A DNA stretch of 64,000 nt from an uncultured archaeon (GTDB lineage Archaea; Thermoplasmatota; Penumbrarchaeia; JASLWR01), in contig CAYFHS010000015.1 in assembly GCA_964342815.1 (NCBI GenBank), forward strand, positions 23,797 through 87,796. The letters are read 5' to 3'. Made by a program: the position numbers and the translations under genes. The notes under the pieces are model-generated. The model was not told where the DNA came from. It did no database searches and was given only the letters and a program-made list of their open reading frames with translations. Shown in pieces: positions 59,573 to 64,000 of the stretch (within the stretch, counting starts at the first letter, position 1; each line of letters opens with the position of its first letter).

Positions 59573-59992
59573 ATGAAGGTAGAAAAGATCGATCACATCT
59601 GCTTTGCGGTGAAGGACCTGGACGCGGCAAGGGAAAAGTACGAAAGTATCCTGGGGTTCAAGCTCGATACACTCTATACGGCCGAATCGGAAAAGATTAG
59701 GGTCGCGCGTTATTACGTGGGAGAGGTGGCGATTGAGCTTATCGAGGCAACCGGACCGGACAGCGAAGTGGCAAAGTTCATAGAGAGGCAGGGCGAGGGA
59801 TTCTTCCTGATATCATACAGGGTACCCGATGTCGAAGACGCTTTGGCTGAGCTGAAGGGGAATGGCAATAAATTAATCGATGAAAAACCTCGAAAGCTCA
59901 TGGGAAACCGCTATGCCTTCATCAATTATCCCAATGAATTGAACGGAATTCTCACTGAAGTACTGGATGGCGATTTCGACCCAGAGAAATAA
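59573..59992 (+). CDS. VOC-superfamily protein, methylmalonyl-CoA-epimerase-like
   Basis: IDHICFAVKDL, IELIE, FIERQGEG, P....GILTE. Confidence 0.8.
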   Translation: MKVEKIDHICFAVKDLDAAREKYESILGFKLDTLYTAESEKIRVARYYVGEVAIELIEATGPDSEVAKFIERQGEGFFLISYRVPDVEDALAELKGNGNKLIDEKPRKLMGNRYAFINYPNELNGILTEVLDGDFDPEK

Positions 59993-60001
59993 TAACTGTG
60001 G

Positions 60002-60499
60002 ATGACAATTATGGCCCGATATCATATGCGGAAATCCGAGCGGGAGATCACGGAAATAACGGAAATAATTGATATTCTTTTAAAGGGTAAATACGCTACA
60101 ATTTCGCTGTGCAGAAATGATGAACCGTATCTAGTGACCCTGAGCTACGGTTATGATAGAGCCGAAAACGCGCTGTATTTCCATGCTGCGCCGCTGGGGC
60201 TGAAACTGGATTTTATAAAAGCGAATCCAAATGCATGCGGTACTGTCATCGAAGATCACGGATACGTGGTCGACCAGTGCGAGCAGAATTTTCGCTCATT
60301 GGTGTTTTTCGGGACAATGTCTATAGTCGATGATCTAGATGATATGAAGCACGCTATGAATATTTTACTCGAGCACCTTGAGGGAGAGCCCGAACCAATC
60401 AAACAGAGAAATGTCCCCGACGACGAGTCATACAAAAAGGTGTCTATGTTGAAATTTAAGATCACTGAGATGACGGGGAAGAGTAATTTGAAGAAGTGA
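60002..60499 (+). CDS. Pyridoxamine 5'-phosphate oxidase / NimA-like flavin-binding protein
   Basis: MRKSEREI, EPYLVTLSYGY, LYFHAA..G.KLDFI..NP and FRSLVFFG. Confidence 0.85.
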   Translation: MTIMARYHMRKSEREITEITEIIDILLKGKYATISLCRNDEPYLVTLSYGYDRAENALYFHAAPLGLKLDFIKANPNACGTVIEDHGYVVDQCEQNFRSLVFFGTMSIVDDLDDMKHAMNILLEHLEGEPEPIKQRNVPDDESYKKVSMLKFKITEMTGKSNLKK

Positions 60500-60695
60500 A
60501 AAATCCGTTGTAAGTAGGCTTTTGTATCTAGCAAATCGTGAAATATTCTGATTATCAGGCCATTCTTTAACATCAATCTCGATCTCTCTGGGAAATACAA
60601 ACACTTCGCCAAGGCTATAAAAAAGTTTTTTTTCTACCATTTTAACGCTATTATTCTGGAAAGGTTTCCCTATTTTTCTAGCCAAAATAGGGATT

Positions 60696-61106
60696 TTACC
60701 TTTCCCATGCGAATAAGAATTGTTGGGCCGACACTATTTCAAATTCAGTAATATTTACCTCTCTAAGGAAGTGGCGATTTTCAGTAATGAGAACATCCGC
60801 ACCGATATACTCAGTAAAAGCTCCGATAAGTGCATCGGCATCTTTCAGTCCGTGTTCCCGGTATTTAGATACCAAAGACGTAGGGACAATGTAATCATCA
60901 ATAACATTAAAAATAGAAAACAATCCATTTCTAAATTCCCACATGTCATTCTTCGAAGAAAAACTGATATTTCTGATGACCTCTCTCAGTATCAAGTGGG
61001 GAAGAAAAATCTCGTTGGGGCTCACTGATTTGAATAGTTTCACTTGAATCTCTCTACGCTCCTGAAATGCAAATACAAATTCATTGCTATCCAAAACGAC
61101 CCGCAT
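60696..61106 (-). CDS. vapC: PIN-domain (VapC-like) toxin
   Basis: VVLDSN start, ..LREV.., DADALI and ADVLITENRHF acidic PIN motifs. Confidence 0.82.
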   Translation of the reverse strand: MRVVLDSNEFVFAFQERREIQVKLFKSVSPNEIFLPHLILREVIRNISFSSKNDMWEFRNGLFSIFNVIDDYIVPTSLVSKYREHGLKDADALIGAFTEYIGADVLITENRHFLREVNITEFEIVSAQQFLFAWER

Positions 61107-61368
61107 ATTTTTCGCTCCAAATTTCTTCGCGAGATTTTCTTAATCTATCAATGATCTCCTTGTCCTTCAATTGGGAAGGTGTGGTTAGCATTGCGAATCT
61201 CTCAAACCAGTCTTCGTTCCGTTTTGGAAACAGGTAAACTTCCAGTTGTGCCCTTATACCGGCGCGTACTATGTCGGAAAAATTCGCGAAATATCCCGAT
61301 TCGATCATTTTTTTACATTCGTCATGTAAACGTTCAGGTATGGTTAGAGTTACCTTTTTGAACTGCAT
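61087..61368 (-). CDS. Ribbon-helix-helix antitoxin (CopG/Arc-like)
   Basis: KKVTLTIP...MIESGYFANFSDIVRAGIR; overlaps the PIN gene start. Confidence 0.8.
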   Translation of the reverse strand: MQFKKVTLTIPERLHDECKKMIESGYFANFSDIVRAGIRAQLEVYLFPKRNEDWFERFAMLTTPSQLKDKEIIDRLRKSREEIWSEKYAGRFG

Positions 61369-61541
61369 TTAATACCACCTTAATATGTATTCAATAGGTA
61401 TTATATGCTATTTAAATGTATCGTTGGAATGTTATAGTGCCTGGGGGTCAAACCTTGCTCTTAAAGCGAACACTGGGGCAAAATCCTTATACTTCACTGT
61501 ACTTATCAATTACTGTTTACAACTTCATCGGAGACATTCCC

Positions 61542-63956
61542 GTGCCCAGGAAAGAACAAATAATTAGCGTAGTCTTTTCGATCCTACTGCTCCTCAACGT
61601 TTTGATTGTATTCTCTCCCACCTACTTCTTACCTGTCGCAAAGGCCGAGGTCGGAGGCCCCGTTCTTGGCGAAGATTCGCATGAGAACCTTACAGGCGAC
61701 TGGAAAATTAACGTGAGTGATACCAGATTCTACGGGAATCGGACATTGAACCTGACCGGGAACCTCACGATATATGGAAACTTGACTCTGCAAAATGTGA
61801 CTATAAGGTTCAATTCGACGTATGACGGTCAGCATGGGATCTACGTGATGAGTGGTGGGACTCTTGTCATCAGGGATAATGATGGAGATCGTAATACGAC
61901 GGGGGATGGGTGTAATATCACTGCAGTTAATACGAGTAATGCATTCCTATTTAAAGTGTGGGCAGGATCTAATTTTACCATGAAGAACAGTAAGTTGAGT
62001 TATTGTGGATATGGTCGCGGAGGTGATTGGGGATTATATGTAAGAACATATGATGCAATTGTCACGGGTAATGTGATAGAAAATAATTATTATAGCATAA
62101 TTCTAAATAATGCCAAGGATTCCATAATCACTTATAATAACTGTAGCAACAATCACTATGGGATATATCTTTACTCTTCGATTGATAATACAATTATGAA
62201 TAATATCTGCAATTTGAACATAGAAGATGGAATCGGAGTAGTTTGGGAAAGTGATAGCAACAATGTATCGAATAATATATGTAAAAATAACGGTGGCAAT
62301 GGAATGTACCTCTATACGTCCGACCACAACGATATAATGGGAAATGTGTGCAATAAGAATAACATTGGTGGATTAAAATTGCGTTATTCATATCATAATA
62401 ATGTAACGAATAACAACGTCGGTTTGAATAATAACGCAGGCATTCTCTTGGAACATGCTCAAAATATCAAGGTAAAAAATAATACTATGAAAGGAAGTGG
62501 AATAAGTATATTTGGGGATTACCTAAAAAATTGGAATACTCATTCAATTGATACATCAAATACAGTTAATGGTAATCCAGTTTATTATTGGAAAAATATG
62601 GTCGGGTACACAATCCCTAACAATGCTGGTGGAGTGATATTGGTAAATTGCAGTGAAATATTGGTCCATAATTTAAATATTTTCAACTCGTCCACTGTGA
62701 TAGAAGTCGCATTTTCATCTAAAATTACAATAAAAAATAATTCGATAGTTTCAAATGTTGGTTTTGGGATATATTTGTCCGACGCAAAAAATAATATTAT
62801 AGAAAATAATACGTGTAATAATAATTCGCTTTCAGGAATATATGTTTATACCAAGTATGGTAATTGTAGTTACAATGTGTTCCGCAATAATACATGTAAT
62901 TCAAATAAACAACATGGCATCTATATCCAAACTGTCATAAGTGGTTCTTCTTCCGATCATTTAATTTTAGAAAATAACACATGTAATAACAATAGTGAGA
63001 AAGGAATCGGAATTCAGTCTTGTTCCGCGAATATCGGAAAAATTACAAATAGCAGGTGTAACAACAATGACTATGGAATTTATGTAAGCGGAGTCAATAA
63101 TCACCATCCGGTGAAAAGATATACTATATCGAATAATACATGTATGTTAAATCATATGTTTGGCCTTTACATTCTTTATGGAAATGTCAATTCTATTGTT
63201 AAAAATATTTGTAGTTTCAATAGCTACGGGATTCGTATAAAAGGTAATAATAATAACGTGATTAACAACACTTGTGAGTCTAACCTACAATATGCATTAA
63301 GAATTGATTACGATGGAAATAATATATCCCTTAATAACTGTTCAGGAAACATAAATGGAATTATTCTTAATGGTGGAAAGAATTGTAAAGTTCTCAATAA
63401 TTATATAAGCCTAACAGGAACTGGAAACGGAATATTTGTAGATGAAGCGGAATCTTGCAACATTTCAAATAACGTTATATTAAAAGGTGATTATGGAATA
63501 TACTTGAATGAGGCAAAAAGCCAAACAATTTATGGAAACACCATGGTACAATGCGGTTTATATATATTGGGGGATGATGATGAGTGGGACTCCCATATTA
63601 TTGGGAAATCTAATAAAGTGAATGGTAAACCTGTCATATATCATATCAATAAAAATGGTGGATTAATTCAAAATAATGTAGGGCAAGTTATACTCGTAAA
63701 ATGCAGAAATATTCTTATTGAGGGTATTACCCTTAATAATTCGAGCACGAGTATCCTCGTTGGGTTTTCTGATTCCAATATAATAATTAATAGCACCTTA
63801 TGTTCAAACAAAGGTAATGGCGTATTATTATATGAATCAAATTCGAATTCAATCATCAATAACTCAATCAATTCTAATGGGAAAAATGGGATATGGATAT
63901 CCCAAGGTGATAACAATCGAATAATTCACAATAACATCAGTTTCAATAGGCCTTGA
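61542..63956 (+). CDS. Secreted right-handed beta-helix (NosD/CASH-repeat) surface protein
   Basis: Signal-like segment after the GTG at 61542; many NNxCxNN..GI.L repeats; two copies of an NxVNGxPVxY module; no C-terminal anchor before the stop. Confidence 0.8.
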   Translation: MPRKEQIISVVFSILLLLNVLIVFSPTYFLPVAKAEVGGPVLGEDSHENLTGDWKINVSDTRFYGNRTLNLTGNLTIYGNLTLQNVTIRFNSTYDGQHGIYVMSGGTLVIRDNDGDRNTTGDGCNITAVNTSNAFLFKVWAGSNFTMKNSKLSYCGYGRGGDWGLYVRTYDAIVTGNVIENNYYSIILNNAKDSIITYNNCSNNHYGIYLYSSIDNTIMNNICNLNIEDGIGVVWESDSNNVSNNICKNNGGNGMYLYTSDHNDIMGNVCNKNNIGGLKLRYSYHNNVTNNNVGLNNNAGILLEHAQNIKVKNNTMKGSGISIFGDYLKNWNTHSIDTSNTVNGNPVYYWKNMVGYTIPNNAGGVILVNCSEILVHNLNIFNSSTVIEVAFSSKITIKNNSIVSNVGFGIYLSDAKNNIIENNTCNNNSLSGIYVYTKYGNCSYNVFRNNTCNSNKQHGIYIQTVISGSSSDHLILENNTCNNNSEKGIGIQSCSANIGKITNSRCNNNDYGIYVSGVNNHHPVKRYTISNNTCMLNHMFGLYILYGNVNSIVKNICSFNSYGIRIKGNNNNVINNTCESNLQYALRIDYDGNNISLNNCSGNINGIILNGGKNCKVLNNYISLTGTGNGIFVDEAESCNISNNVILKGDYGIYLNEAKSQTIYGNTMVQCGLYILGDDDEWDSHIIGKSNKVNGKPVIYHINKNGGLIQNNVGQVILVKCRNILIEGITLNNSSTSILVGFSDSNIIINSTLCSNKGNGVLLYESNSNSIINNSINSNGKNGIWISQGDNNRIIHNNISFNRP

Positions 63957-64000
63957 CGCTAAACTAATATCCAAACAAAAATTCTTTACAAGCCAGTGCT

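Overview
An archaeal-looking, anaerobic, heterotroph-type chromosomal window. Thermoplasmatota-like affinity is an inference from the hyp gene set, the MvhAG hydrogenase, a gingipain-like protease and PKD/NosD surface proteins. No rRNA, tRNA, CRISPR array or transposase was recognised. The core is a ~21-kb energy-conservation island (11044-32332) with three parts: hypCADEBF on the minus strand; a divergent plus-strand operon of hdrA, hdrA(N-half)-nuoE fusion, nuoF/hydB, nuoG(N)-hdrA(C-half) fusion, a short mvhD-like stub, flxDCBA, mvhD, a hydrogenase maturation protease and a small ORF; and a convergent mvhGA [NiFe]-hydrogenase. The standout observation is a second HdrA split in the middle of its inserted ferredoxin domain, with a NuoEFG/HydCBA-like NADH module spliced into the gap, and no hdrBC anywhere in the window. 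Other content includes several large membrane-anchored surface proteins: an M14 carboxypeptidase, PKD/cadherin proteins, a ~2440-aa beta-propeller/PKD protein coupled to an ABC transporter, a NosD-type beta-helix protein, and a gingipain-like C25 protease whose signal peptide is cut off by a frameshift in a G7 tract. The window also carries acr3/arsR, a CDF transporter, an RCK-gated channel pair, a phosphohexomutase, an HcrBCA-like molybdoenzyme with a non-canonical active site, and a PIN/RHH toxin-antitoxin pair. All calls come from motif recognition by eye; no database searches were run.
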